This document shows, piece after piece, positions 17,772-27,341 of a stretch of DNA of 64,000 nt. The notes under the pieces are model-generated. The model ran no database searches. It worked only from the letters and a program-made list of their open reading frames with translations, and was not told the DNA's origin. Positions within the stretch are counted from its first letter, which is position 1; each line of letters opens with the position of its first letter. This DNA comes from an uncultured Acidobacteriota bacterium (GTDB lineage: Bacteria; Acidobacteriota; Thermoanaerobaculia; UBA5066). The stretch spans positions 702,159 to 766,158 of the forward strand of contig CAWCSP010000004.1 in the NCBI GenBank assembly GCA_963798215.1, read 5' to 3'. Both the position numbers and the translations under genes were made by a program.

Positions 17772-18757
17772 CGGGCGGCGTCCTCGACGATCGTGTTCGT
17801 GAGCGTCCCGAGCCCGTCGATCGTCAGGCTCACGAGGTCGCCCGGCTTGAGCCACTGGTCCTGCGTGACCTTCGAGCCGTTCAGCTCGAGGAAGCAGCCG
17901 GTTCCGACGGTGCCCGAGCCGATGACCTCGCCGGGTTCGAGCGTGACGCCGTCGGCCGCGCGGCGGACGAGCTCCGCGAAGGTCCAGTGCATCTGAGAGA
18001 CGTCTCCGTGGGAGACGGGGACGTGGTTCACGGTCGCCGACATCGCCGCGTGGAGGACGTTGCCTTTCGGCGACGGGCGAAGGCGGTCCGTGAGCTCGTC
18101 CTTCGTGACGAGCCAGGGCCCGAGGCCGGTCGCGAAGTCCTTCCCCTTGGCCGGCCCGAGGTTGAGCTTCATCTCCTCCATCTGGAGGCCCCGCGCCGAG
18201 AAGTCGTTCAGGACGCCGTAGCCGAAGATCGCGTCGTCCGCCTCCGCGAGCGTCGGGTTGATGACGTGCCGGCCGATCACGCAGAAGCACTCGAGCTCGA
18301 AGTCGAGCTTCTCGAGGCGCCGCCTGCCGACACGCAGCTCGCCGGGGCCGATGACCGCGAGGGCGTTCGTGAAGTAGAAGACGGGGAAGTCGTCGAACTC
18401 CGGGATCATCGGGAGGCCGCGGTTCCGCCGGGCCGTCTCGACGTGCTGGCGGAACGCGTAGCCGTCGCGGATGGAGACGGGCCGCGGGAGCGGTGCGAGG
18501 AGCGTCACCGTCGCCTCGGACAGGAAGGCTTCGCGGGGCAGCTCGGACGCCATCCCGACGAGGGCGCGCGCCTCCGGGAGCAGCTCTCCGGAGCGCCTCA
18601 CGAGGTCGAGCATCGTCACGTTCGCGAAGCGCGGGTGGGCGCGCGCGAAGTCGAGGATCCGGTCCTCGCCGATGATCGCCCCGACGCGCGGATGCCGCCG
18701 GAAGACGCCCGACTGCGACGTTTCGCCCTCCGGGGGCATGTACGAGACGAGCTTCAT
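17768..18757 (-). CDS. fumarylacetoacetate hydrolase (FAH) family protein
   Basis: 329 aa from ATG 18757; FAH-fold motifs ...NDFSARGLQ..., ...GTGCFLE..., GDLVSLTIDGLGTL. Confidence 0.8.
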   Translation of the reverse strand: MKLVSYMPPEGETSQSGVFRRHPRVGAIIGEDRILDFARAHPRFANVTMLDLVRRSGELLPEARALVGMASELPREAFLSEATVTLLAPLPRPVSIRDGYAFRQHVETARRNRGLPMIPEFDDFPVFYFTNALAVIGPGELRVGRRRLEKLDFELECFCVIGRHVINPTLAEADDAIFGYGVLNDFSARGLQMEEMKLNLGPAKGKDFATGLGPWLVTKDELTDRLRPSPKGNVLHAAMSATVNHVPVSHGDVSQMHWTFAELVRRAADGVTLEPGEVIGSGTVGTGCFLELNGSKVTQDQWLKPGDLVSLTIDGLGTLTNTIVEDAAR

Positions 18758-18807
18758 CGCGGCCGAGTTTATACGCCCCGCGCTAACATCGGGACGGAGG
18801 GAAACGC

Positions 18808-19860
18808 ATGCCCCGCGCCCTCGGACGCGACCGGCTCGGCGTCGAGACGGGCGGGCGTCTCCTCCTCGACTGCGACGTCCCGAAGGGGTGGCGCGGCCGC
18901 AGCCCGGCAACGCCGACCTCCGCCGAGCACCCGGGCAGCGCCGTGCGCTGGGAGGACGGGTTCTTCGAGGTCCTCGAGGTGCGGCCCCTCGGCGGCGAGG
19001 CCGTCCGGTACGTCCTCGCGCCCTGGGACGAGCGTCACGCGATGCGCGTCGTCGAGACCTACGGCGAAGAGGCGGAGGCCGCCCGCGCCTCCGAGCGCCG
19101 GGACGTCGCGCGGCGGGCGGACCGCCACGTCTACGTCCTCCTCGTCGCGCCGCTCGCCGGCTGCCTCCCGGGCGACGTCCAGGAACGGCTCGAGCACGAA
19201 CTCAACGTTCCCGCCCGCCTCCTGAGCCTCTCGTCGGCGCTCCCGCTGTGGGTGGCAGGTTGGGTCGCCCTCATCCTCCTCCTGGCCTCGTCGATGACCG
19301 GAGACAGCTCCGTCCCGGCGCCGCTCCTCGTGTTCGGCCTCTACCTGCTCGCTGAATCCACGGCCCGCCTCGCCGTGTGTGTCCTGCAGGGCCGGCCGAT
19401 CGGTACGCTCGTCGGAACGCTCGTCTACGAAGGCTGGCGGCGCCTCGGCTGGACGAAGGCGCGGGTGGAGGGGAGGCCGGTCCCGCGCGAGAGGGCCGTG
19501 TGGGAGGTCGAGTCCACGTCGGAGCAGAACGCCCTCGACCGGTACCACGTCCTCGAGCCGGCCGCGGGCCTCCTGCCCGTGGACGACCAGCTCCGTCTCG
19601 CCGAGCGCTACGGGTTCGACGGGATCCGGTGGGGTCGGACGGGCGCGATCTTCCTCCTCGTGATGTTCGGACCGCTCGCGGCGGCGTCCGTCTGGGGAGC
19701 CCTCGCCGTGCCCGAGCTCTCGGACGTCCCGAGAGTCGCCGTCTTCGGCGGCGTCGCCGCCGAGCAGGTCTTCAGGCTCCGGAAGCTCGCAAGCGGGCGC
19801 CTCGCGCCGAGCGTCCTCGGCCTCCTCGTTCGCCCGTTCGCACGGCCGCTTCTCGCCTGA
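18808..19860 (+). CDS. hypothetical membrane protein
   Basis: 350 aa with GC-rich third codon positions and several hydrophobic helices. No recognisable family. Confidence 0.45.
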   Translation: MPRALGRDRLGVETGGRLLLDCDVPKGWRGRSPATPTSAEHPGSAVRWEDGFFEVLEVRPLGGEAVRYVLAPWDERHAMRVVETYGEEAEAARASERRDVARRADRHVYVLLVAPLAGCLPGDVQERLEHELNVPARLLSLSSALPLWVAGWVALILLLASSMTGDSSVPAPLLVFGLYLLAESTARLAVCVLQGRPIGTLVGTLVYEGWRRLGWTKARVEGRPVPRERAVWEVESTSEQNALDRYHVLEPAAGLLPVDDQLRLAERYGFDGIRWGRTGAIFLLVMFGPLAAASVWGALAVPELSDVPRVAVFGGVAAEQVFRLRKLASGRLAPSVLGLLVRPFARPLLA

Positions 19861-19920
19861 GTCAGCCGGCTCAACGGCGATGTCGAGCAGGCGTGCAGCG
19901 CGGGGCCCGACAGGGAACGC

Positions 19921-21876
19921 TCACGTTGAGGGCCCCAACGTCGTGTCCTTGCCGAACGAGGGGGCCTCGATCGGCGTAGAGGACGCCGGTCGCACAGGCT
20001 GCCAGCCCTCCGCCGGCCAGCCGACTCCGGTCACGGACTCGCCAGCCTCGAGGAGGCTGGCAACAGAGACGGCCCAGCTCTCCACGTCGCTCGGGCGCGC
20101 GTCTCGCGCCTTGGCCAGCGCCACGTCGAAGAGCTGATCGACTTCCGGCGCAATCCACGGGAGAAAACGAGAGGGCGGAGGCGGAGGGGCGGAGAGCACA
20201 GTGAACATCACTTCGCCCATGTTCGTCCCCTCCACGAGACGTCTTCCCACCAGCGCCTCCCAGGCGACGGATGCCAGCGAGTAGAGGTCCGATCGGCTGT
20301 CGACGTCTGCGCACTGCAGCTGCTCCGGGGACATGTATGCGGGCGTTCCAACAGCGATGCCGGTCTGGGTCAGGCGCGCGTCGAATCGCGCGGACAGGGC
20401 AAGCCCGAAATCCAGGAGTTTCGCCTGGAAGCCGTCGGATTCGTGGACGAGGAAGATGTTGCCGGGCTTCACGTCCCGATGGATGACCCCTGCGCGGTGC
20501 GCGGCGCTCAATGCCGCTCCCGCCTGGCGGAGAAGGCGGGCGACCTGACGCGGCGTTCCCGCTCCGAACTCGGACAGAAGACCGGAAAGGTCGCGGCCCT
20601 GAAGCAGCTCCATGACGAGAAACGCGGAGCCTCCCTCGAGCTCGCCGGCGTCGAAGACCGCCGTCACCGCCGGGTGGTGGATGCGCGCGACCACCTTGGC
20701 TTCGCGCTGAAGCCGGAATCGCATCGCCGGATCGCCGAGAAACTGCGGCTTGATGATCTTGACGGAGACCTCGCGTTCGAGGGTCTCGTCGTGCGCGGCG
20801 AAGACGGTGCCCATCCCGCCCTCGCCGATCAGACTTGCAAACCGGTAGCGGCCCCCGACCCGGAACGGGAGCACGCGCGACGCGTCGAGCGTTGCGCCGT
20901 CGTCCACGCACTTTGCAGGTCCCGAATCGCCGCGGCCCGCGTCGGGAGTGCAGCGACCGCACTTCGGGCAGATCAGAAGCGTCTCGATGCCCCGCTCGTG
21001 CAGGGCGCGACGCGTCGTGGCCCTTGCCGCCTCGGCATCCGAGAGCTGCCGCTTCAGGGAACGCAGCTCGAAAGCGGTGCCGAGGTGGTGGGCGAGACCC
21101 GAAACGAGGCGCAACTGGGTTTCATCGAGCGGGCCGGCGCTGCCGTCGATGACGAGCGCGCCGCAGGTCTCCCCGGTCATTCCGACGACGGGAACGACCA
21201 TGAGACCCTCGGGCGCTGAAAACGTGACGTCGGACGAAGAGTCTCGCGACCGGAACACGGTTGGCGTCGCGCAGACGCCCGGCGCGATGGGTGAGAGGGC
21301 GTCGCCCTCGAGGGCCCAGACGCCGATTTCCTTCGCGCCGATCGTGCGGGCGACCTCGGACGCCATCGCGCCCGCCCACGCCGTCGTGTTTTCGAGCCGG
21401 CCGGACGAGGGCTCGGCCAGTTTGGCGATCTGCACCTGTGCGGCCCGAATCTGGACGTTTGCGCGTTCGAGGGCCGCATTCTTCGAGTCCGTCTCGCGCT
21501 GGAGACGCGCAACCTTGAGCTGGGTTTCGACGCGAACGACGACCTCTTCGGCCTGGAAGGGTTTCATGACGTAATCGACTCCGCCGGCACGAAAGGCCTT
21601 TACCTTGTCGAGGGGCTCGTCGAGAGCGCTGATGAAGATCACAGGGATGGCGCGGGTCGCCTCATCGGCCTTCAGATCGCGGCAGACCTCGAAGCCGTCC
21701 ATTTCCGGCATCGTGATGTCGAGCATCACGAGCTCGGGCCGCTGGACGCGGATCATCGCGAGGGCCCGTTTGCCCGTGTTCGCGGCGCGAACCCGGAAGC
21801 CGGCGTCCCTCAGGATGCCCGCGAGGAGCGACAGGTTGCTCGAGTTGTCGTCGACGAGAAAGACCTCTCCGGTCAT
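19921..21876 (-). CDS. response-regulator receiver + GAF-like + Ser/Thr protein kinase fusion
   Basis: N-terminal REC domain (FLVDDNSSNL...DITMPEMDGFEV), a CPKCGRC zinc-ribbon-like motif, and a Hanks kinase (HRDVKPGNIFL, DFGLA, GTPAYMSPE). Start ATG overlaps the HK stop (ATGA). Confidence 0.8.
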   Translation of the reverse strand: MTGEVFLVDDNSSNLSLLAGILRDAGFRVRAANTGKRALAMIRVQRPELVMLDITMPEMDGFEVCRDLKADEATRAIPVIFISALDEPLDKVKAFRAGGVDYVMKPFQAEEVVVRVETQLKVARLQRETDSKNAALERANVQIRAAQVQIAKLAEPSSGRLENTTAWAGAMASEVARTIGAKEIGVWALEGDALSPIAPGVCATPTVFRSRDSSSDVTFSAPEGLMVVPVVGMTGETCGALVIDGSAGPLDETQLRLVSGLAHHLGTAFELRSLKRQLSDAEAARATTRRALHERGIETLLICPKCGRCTPDAGRGDSGPAKCVDDGATLDASRVLPFRVGGRYRFASLIGEGGMGTVFAAHDETLEREVSVKIIKPQFLGDPAMRFRLQREAKVVARIHHPAVTAVFDAGELEGGSAFLVMELLQGRDLSGLLSEFGAGTPRQVARLLRQAGAALSAAHRAGVIHRDVKPGNIFLVHESDGFQAKLLDFGLALSARFDARLTQTGIAVGTPAYMSPEQLQCADVDSRSDLYSLASVAWEALVGRRLVEGTNMGEVMFTVLSAPPPPPSRFLPWIAPEVDQLFDVALAKARDARPSDVESWAVSVASLLEAGESVTGVGWPAEGWQPVRPASSTPIEAPSFGKDTTLGPST

Positions 21877-24470
21877 CGGGCGGTCCTCCCAAGTTGTTCG
21901 AAAAGGCTCATGAGCTCGTCGACCTGGAAGCGCGCCACGGCGTCCGCGAGAGCGTCCGCGAGGTGGGGATCCTGCGGACGGATCGACGCCACCGCCCGCG
22001 CCGCGGCTTCGTCATCGCCGATCTCGAGAGCGTCTCGAAGGGGCGCGAGAAGGTGACTCGGGAGCGCCGCGAGGCGCACCGCCGTGAGGACGCCGGAAGG
22101 CAAGGCCTCGGCGGGAGGCACCGCGGACTCGTAGGCGAAGCGGACGCCGAGGTGCACCGTGAGCTTTTCGAAGATGGCGGACTCGCGGAACGGCTTCGCG
22201 AGAAAGTCGTCGCAGCCGGCGGCGATGACGCCGGCGCGCTCGTGTTCGAGGGCGCTTGCGGACAACGCGATGATCTTCACGGGCGACGTTCCCGGCCGGG
22301 CTCGTCGTTCCTCGTCGCGGATGGCCCTCGTCGCCGTGAGTCCGTCCATCACGGGCATCCGCATGTCCATCCAGATCAGACGGGGCGTGAACTCCTTCCA
22401 GAGGGCCATGGCCTCCACGCCGTTCGCGGCCTGGCGAACTTCGAATCCGACGGACTCGAGGAGCTTCCCGAGGAGGATCCGGTTCTCCGAGACGTCGTCG
22501 ACGACGAGGATCCTTCGGTGTTCCTGCCCGGCTTCGAGGCCGACGACCCTTCGCTCCTCGGCGAGTTGCCGGGAGGTTTCTCCCTCCGGTGCAACCGGGA
22601 GATCGAGCGTCACCACGAACGTCGTCCCGCGGCCGCGCACGCTGTCGACGACGATATCTCCCTGCATGAGTCGCGCGAAGTTCCGGCTGATCACGAGGCC
22701 GAGCCCCGTGCCCTCCTTTGCCTTCTCTCCGGTCTCCGTCTGCGTGAATGGCTGGAACAGCGTAGCGACTTCCTCGGGCGTCATCCCGGGGCCGGTGTCC
22801 TCCACCTCGAAGCGGGCGCGGCCGTTCCGCCAGCCGGCCCGGAGCGTGATCCGCCCTTCCCTCGTGAACTTGATCGCGTTGCCGATCAGGTTGATGAGGA
22901 TCTGGCGCAGCTTGCTCTCGTCGCCGTACACGGTGCTCGGCGGTAGGTCGCCGGGCTCGAACGCCATCTCGAGGCCCTTTCCCTCCGCCCGCGTGCGTAA
23001 CATCTCGGACAAGTTCTCGAGGAAGGGCAGAAGGTCGAAGGCGACGGGTGTGAGGATGTCCCGCCCGGCCTCGATCTTGGACAGCGAGAGAACGTCGTTG
23101 ATCAGGCCAAGGAGGTGCTCGCCGCTCCGCACGATGATTCCGAGGTGCTCCCGATGGACGGACGGGAGGGCTCGGTCCCTGTTCATGAGTTGGGCGAACC
23201 CGATCACGGCGTTGAGCGGCGTCCGGAGCTCGTGGCTCATGTTTGCGAGGAACACGCTCTTTGCCTGATTGGCGGCCTCGGCCCGCTTCCGCTCCTCCTC
23301 CGCGAGAAGGCTGTGATCGTCGGCCGCCTTCCTCGCCACCTCCGCCTCGAGGAGCGCCTTGCGGAGCTCGCCTGTGCGCTCTTCGACCTTGCCTTCGAGG
23401 ATGGAGTACGACTCCTTCAGCCGCTGCGCCATGCTGTTGAACTGGCCGGCGAGCGCCTCGAGCTCGTCGCCCGTCTTCACCTCAATCGCCTGATCGAGCG
23501 TGCCGGCGCCGATGCGGGCGGCACCATCCTGAATGGCGCGGATCGGGTCCACCATTCGCCGCACGAGAAGCACGCTGGCCGTCAGGGCGAGGGCGACGCC
23601 GCCGAGGAGCAGGAAGGCCGTTCGCTGGAGCGCGCCGTAGATCGTCGCGAACGCCTCCCCGCTCGGCTGTTCCACGAACACGTACCACCCGAGGGATTCG
23701 ATCGGTGCCCACGCGGTCAGGACGTCAGCCCCCTGGGCGTCCCGCGCGATCAGGGCGGGCAGGCCGTCGACGCTCTCTTTCTTCTCGAGAGCGGCCTTCA
23801 CCTGGAGCAGCGACGAAAGGTCCCGCTTCTGCAACACCTGGCTGATGTCGGGGTGGGCGATCAACCGGCCCCGCGAGTCCACGGCGTAGGCGTGGCCCTT
23901 GCGCCCGATCTTTATCCGCGAGATCACGTCCAGGATGAACTTCAGGTTCACCTCGGCCGACGCGATGCCGGCCGACCCGCTCGCTCCGGCCATCGAGATC
24001 GTGACGTAGGGCTCGGTCTCCTTCCGGAAGTAAACGGGGCTGATGTAGGTCCGCCCCGACTTCGGCACCGTGAACTTCGGATCCTTCGAGTAGTCGTCTC
24101 CGCTCCCGACGACGTTCATGCCCAGCCGAGAAACTCGCAGCTGCTCCTTCCCGTCCAGGTCGAGCTGCGCGAGGTCCGTGATCGCCTGGACCTGGCGCAG
24201 GAGCTTGAGGTAATCGAAGCGGCGCTGCTCGATGGTGTAGGCGCCTTGCTGCGGCAGGAACAGCCAACCGATCTGGTCCTGGATCTCCTTTACGTACGCC
24301 TCGATGCGGTACGCGGCCGTAGACGCCTTCTCCCCCTGGAGACGGAGGAGTGCGAGCTTGTTCTCCTGGTAGTCGAAGTAGAGGCTGATGCCGCCACTCG
24401 CGAGAAGGACCAGCGTCACGAGGCCTGCGAAGTACGCGGCGTACTTGCGGAAGAGGGCGCTGCGGAGCAT
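21873..24470 (-). CDS. hybrid sensor histidine kinase / response regulator (periplasmic Cache-like sensor, HAMP, HisKA, HATPase, REC)
   Basis: 865 aa with 2 TM helices flanking a ~270-aa periplasmic domain; H-box ANMSHELRTPLN; N/G boxes; C-terminal REC (ILVVDDVSENR...MDMRMPVMDG). Confidence 0.85.
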   Translation of the reverse strand: MLRSALFRKYAAYFAGLVTLVLLASGGISLYFDYQENKLALLRLQGEKASTAAYRIEAYVKEIQDQIGWLFLPQQGAYTIEQRRFDYLKLLRQVQAITDLAQLDLDGKEQLRVSRLGMNVVGSGDDYSKDPKFTVPKSGRTYISPVYFRKETEPYVTISMAGASGSAGIASAEVNLKFILDVISRIKIGRKGHAYAVDSRGRLIAHPDISQVLQKRDLSSLLQVKAALEKKESVDGLPALIARDAQGADVLTAWAPIESLGWYVFVEQPSGEAFATIYGALQRTAFLLLGGVALALTASVLLVRRMVDPIRAIQDGAARIGAGTLDQAIEVKTGDELEALAGQFNSMAQRLKESYSILEGKVEERTGELRKALLEAEVARKAADDHSLLAEEERKRAEAANQAKSVFLANMSHELRTPLNAVIGFAQLMNRDRALPSVHREHLGIIVRSGEHLLGLINDVLSLSKIEAGRDILTPVAFDLLPFLENLSEMLRTRAEGKGLEMAFEPGDLPPSTVYGDESKLRQILINLIGNAIKFTREGRITLRAGWRNGRARFEVEDTGPGMTPEEVATLFQPFTQTETGEKAKEGTGLGLVISRNFARLMQGDIVVDSVRGRGTTFVVTLDLPVAPEGETSRQLAEERRVVGLEAGQEHRRILVVDDVSENRILLGKLLESVGFEVRQAANGVEAMALWKEFTPRLIWMDMRMPVMDGLTATRAIRDEERRARPGTSPVKIIALSASALEHERAGVIAAGCDDFLAKPFRESAIFEKLTVHLGVRFAYESAVPPAEALPSGVLTAVRLAALPSHLLAPLRDALEIGDDEAAARAVASIRPQDPHLADALADAVARFQVDELMSLFEQLGRTAR

Positions 24471-24608
24471 TACTCGACCACGTTGTCGGCGAGGAGCGGC
24501 ACCTCAGGCGGGATCGTAAGCCTGGGCGCGTTCGCAGTCTCGCGAACGCGGGGCGTGACCCACCTCGAGGCGTCGAAGGTCGGAGCTATATGGTAGTATG
24601 GCACTCGT

Positions 24609-24905
24609 ATGGCAAAGGTGAAGATGACGTTCACGCTGGACGCCGAAACCGCCGCCAGTCTCCGGCAGGCTTCCGAAAGACTTTCCAGGCCCCAGAGCGC
24701 GGTCGTGAACGAGGCGATCCAGGACTTCAGCGAGCGGGTCGGACGCCTGAGCGAGCGCGAGCGGCTGCGGATGCTGGAGGTCTTCGACGCGGTCGTCGCG
24801 CCCCTGCCTTCAAGGTCGATGGCCCGGGCGAGACGCGAGATCGAGGAGATCCGGCAGGCGCGTCGCAGCGGCGGGCGGAGCGGCCGCTCGGACGCGCCCC
24901 GGTGA
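24609..24905 (+). CDS. vapB: ribbon-helix-helix antitoxin (VapB/CopG-like)
   Basis: 98 aa, MAKVKMTFTLDAETAASLRQASERL...; GTGA overlap with the downstream PIN gene. Confidence 0.6.
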   Translation: MAKVKMTFTLDAETAASLRQASERLSRPQSAVVNEAIQDFSERVGRLSERERLRMLEVFDAVVAPLPSRSMARARREIEEIRQARRSGGRSGRSDAPR

Positions 24906-25294
24906 TCCTGCTCGATACGTCCGTGCTCATCGAGGCCCTCGCGGGTCCCAAGCGGTCCGCGACCGCCCTGCGCGCTGCCATCGAGCGGGGCGAGCGGGTG
25001 CTTGTCCCGGCGCTCGTCCTGTACGAATGGTTGAGGGGCCCGAGAAGGCCCGAGGAGCTGAGAGCTCAGGAGGCGCTCTTCCCGCGAGAGTTCGCCATCC
25101 CGTTCGGCCCGCACGAGGCCGTGCTGGCCGCGAACCTTTACGCCAGAGTGCGAAGGGCGAGAGGCCGGGAGATCGACCTTGCGATCGCCGCGTGCGCGCT
25201 GGCCAGGGGTGCGGATCTCTGGACCCTCAACCTGGAAGACTTCCGGGACATTCCGGATCTGCGAGCCTCGGCGCCGGGCTCCGCTCGGCCCTGA
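24902..25294 (+). CDS. vapC: PIN-domain toxin VapC
   Basis: From GTG 24902: VILLDTSVLIEAL...; conserved acidic residues D5 and E/D ~100 (WTLNLEDF). Confidence 0.7.
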   Translation: MILLDTSVLIEALAGPKRSATALRAAIERGERVLVPALVLYEWLRGPRRPEELRAQEALFPREFAIPFGPHEAVLAANLYARVRRARGREIDLAIAACALARGADLWTLNLEDFRDIPDLRASAPGSARP

Positions 25295-25347
25295 CCCCGA
25301 TACGATCCGGCTCCCTGCGGCCGAGCAGCTCGAGAGAGTGCGGCCCT

Positions 25348-26340
25348 TCACTCGATCACCTTGTCGGCCATCAGCAGCAGTTCCGGCGGAATCGTGAGGC
25401 CGAGCGCCTTCGCCGTTTTGTGGTTGATGACGAGCTCGATCTTCGTCGGCTGCTCGATGGGCAGCTCGCCTGGCTTCGAGCCCTTCAGGATCTTGTCGAC
25501 GAGACCTGCGGCCCGCCGGAACAGATCCACGAGACTCACGCCATAGGAAACGAGTCCGCCGGCCTCGACGCCCTCCGGATACGGGAGCATCACCGGAAGG
25601 CGGCTCTCCACCGAGAGCCTCCCGATCAGGCTCTGGAGGCCGAAAAACGTGCCGTCGTTCAGGACTAGAAGGCCCACAGGGGCCCCATGTGCCAGTCGCT
25701 CAAAGACACGCTCGATCTCTCCGGCGTTCCGCGCCTCAACAGGCATGACGCGCGTTCCGAAAGCCTTGGCGGATTCCCGGCAGCTGGCGAGCATTGCCGC
25801 ATGCGCCGGGGTATCGGGATTGACGAGTACGGCGATCGTGGACAGCCCGGGAGCAAGCGCCTTCAGAAGCTCGACGCGCTTCGGGACGACGTCCATCCCC
25901 ATTGAGGACAGCCCCGTCGTATTTCCGCCCGGCCGCGCGAGGCTTGGCACGACGTGGTTACCCACCGGATCGACCATTGCCGCAAAGACGATCGGAATCG
26001 TGGTCGTGGCTCGCTGGAGCGCAAGCGTCGGGGGCAGCGCGTGCGTGACGAGAACATCGGGCCGTATCGCGGTGAGCTCCGCCGCAAGTTTGGGGAGCCG
26101 CTCGAAGTGATCCTCCGCGAAGCGCGACTCGACGATGAGATTTCGGCCCTCGACGTAGCCGAGGTCACGCATCCCATTCAGCCAGGAGTCGTAGTAGACG
26201 TCGGGGTTCGTCGGCGTCGACCGAAATCGGGCGCCAAGAAACCCTACTCGATACACCTTCTCGGGCTTCTGTGCCGGCGCTGCCGACGCGGCTGAAAACA
26301 GGACGGCCCCCAAAGCCAGGAGGAGCGGCGCCCGCGTCAT
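25348..26340 (-). CDS. ABC transporter substrate-binding protein, ABC_sub_bind (PF04392-like) family, paralog 1
   Basis: 330 aa from ATG 26340; signal peptide; C-terminal motif ...LPIEQPTKIELVINHKTAKALGLTIPPELLLMADKVIE shared by all four copies. Confidence 0.75.
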   Translation of the reverse strand: MTRAPLLLALGAVLFSAASAAPAQKPEKVYRVGFLGARFRSTPTNPDVYYDSWLNGMRDLGYVEGRNLIVESRFAEDHFERLPKLAAELTAIRPDVLVTHALPPTLALQRATTTIPIVFAAMVDPVGNHVVPSLARPGGNTTGLSSMGMDVVPKRVELLKALAPGLSTIAVLVNPDTPAHAAMLASCRESAKAFGTRVMPVEARNAGEIERVFERLAHGAPVGLLVLNDGTFFGLQSLIGRLSVESRLPVMLPYPEGVEAGGLVSYGVSLVDLFRRAAGLVDKILKGSKPGELPIEQPTKIELVINHKTAKALGLTIPPELLLMADKVIE

Positions 26341-27341
26341 TCGATCACCTTGTCGGCGAGGAGCAGCAGCTCGGGCGGGATCGTGAGCCCGAGCACCTTC
26401 GCCGTCTTCCGGTTGATGACGAGCTCGAATGCAATTGGCTGCTCCACGGGCAGAGTCGCCGGCGTGGCACCGCTCAAGATCCGATCGACGAAATGGGCCA
26501 GTCGTTTCCACTGTTCGGGGAGCTTCGCGCCATAGGACATGAGGGCGCCGGCCTCAACGTGCTCCTTGATGGCGGCCAGGGTCGGGATCCGGTGCGCGAG
26601 CGTGAACTCGCCGATCTGCTTCGCGTGAGCCTGGAGCATCGCATCCCAGACGATGTACATGCCGTCGGGCTTGCCGCGGGCCACGCGTTTCAGCGCGGGG
26701 CCGATCTCGCTGCCCGCCTTCGCTTCCGCGACTGGCTGAACCGCCATTCGGGCCGCGGACGCGGCGGTCCGGAACTCGCTGAGCGAGAGCACGTTCGCGG
26801 GGTTCGTCGGATTGAACAGAACACCGACTCTCGAGAGCGCGGGAACGACCTCGCGGAAGAGCTGCAGGCGCTTCGCGATGAGTTCGACGCCGAGCGCGGC
26901 CACGCCGGTGATGTTGCCGCCCGGACGCCCGAGGCTCTGTACGAGCCCAAGGCGCACCGGGTCGAGCCCGACACCGACCATCACGACGGGGATCGTGCTA
27001 GTCGCTTTCTGGGCGGCGCGGACCGATGGTGTGCCGCTGGCGATGATCACGTCGACATTCCGACGGACGAGCTCGGCCGCGCGCCCGGGAAGCTCGTTGA
27101 CATTGGCGTCCGACGCCTGGTACTCGACGACGTAATCTCGCTGCTCGACACGGCCGACTTCGAGCATCCCCTGCCGGAAGGCGCCCAGCAGGCCGGCGTC
27201 GACACCGTAGCCGAGGATGCCAATGCGAGGGATCCCCCTGGAGGGCTGCGCCGTCGTCTCCTGCGCGTCAAGTGTCCGAGAGAGTTGCAGGATCAAGATC
27301 GCGAAGCACAACGCTGGCAGCCAACGGCGGAGTGGCTTCAT
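26337..27341 (-). CDS. ABC transporter substrate-binding protein (same family), paralog 2
   Basis: 334 aa from ATG 27341; ATGA overlaps at both ends; ...LPVEQPIAFELVINRKTAKVLGLTIPPELLLLADKVIE. Confidence 0.75.
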   Translation of the reverse strand: MKPLRRWLPALCFAILILQLSRTLDAQETTAQPSRGIPRIGILGYGVDAGLLGAFRQGMLEVGRVEQRDYVVEYQASDANVNELPGRAAELVRRNVDVIIASGTPSVRAAQKATSTIPVVMVGVGLDPVRLGLVQSLGRPGGNITGVAALGVELIAKRLQLFREVVPALSRVGVLFNPTNPANVLSLSEFRTAASAARMAVQPVAEAKAGSEIGPALKRVARGKPDGMYIVWDAMLQAHAKQIGEFTLAHRIPTLAAIKEHVEAGALMSYGAKLPEQWKRLAHFVDRILSGATPATLPVEQPIAFELVINRKTAKVLGLTIPPELLLLADKVIE

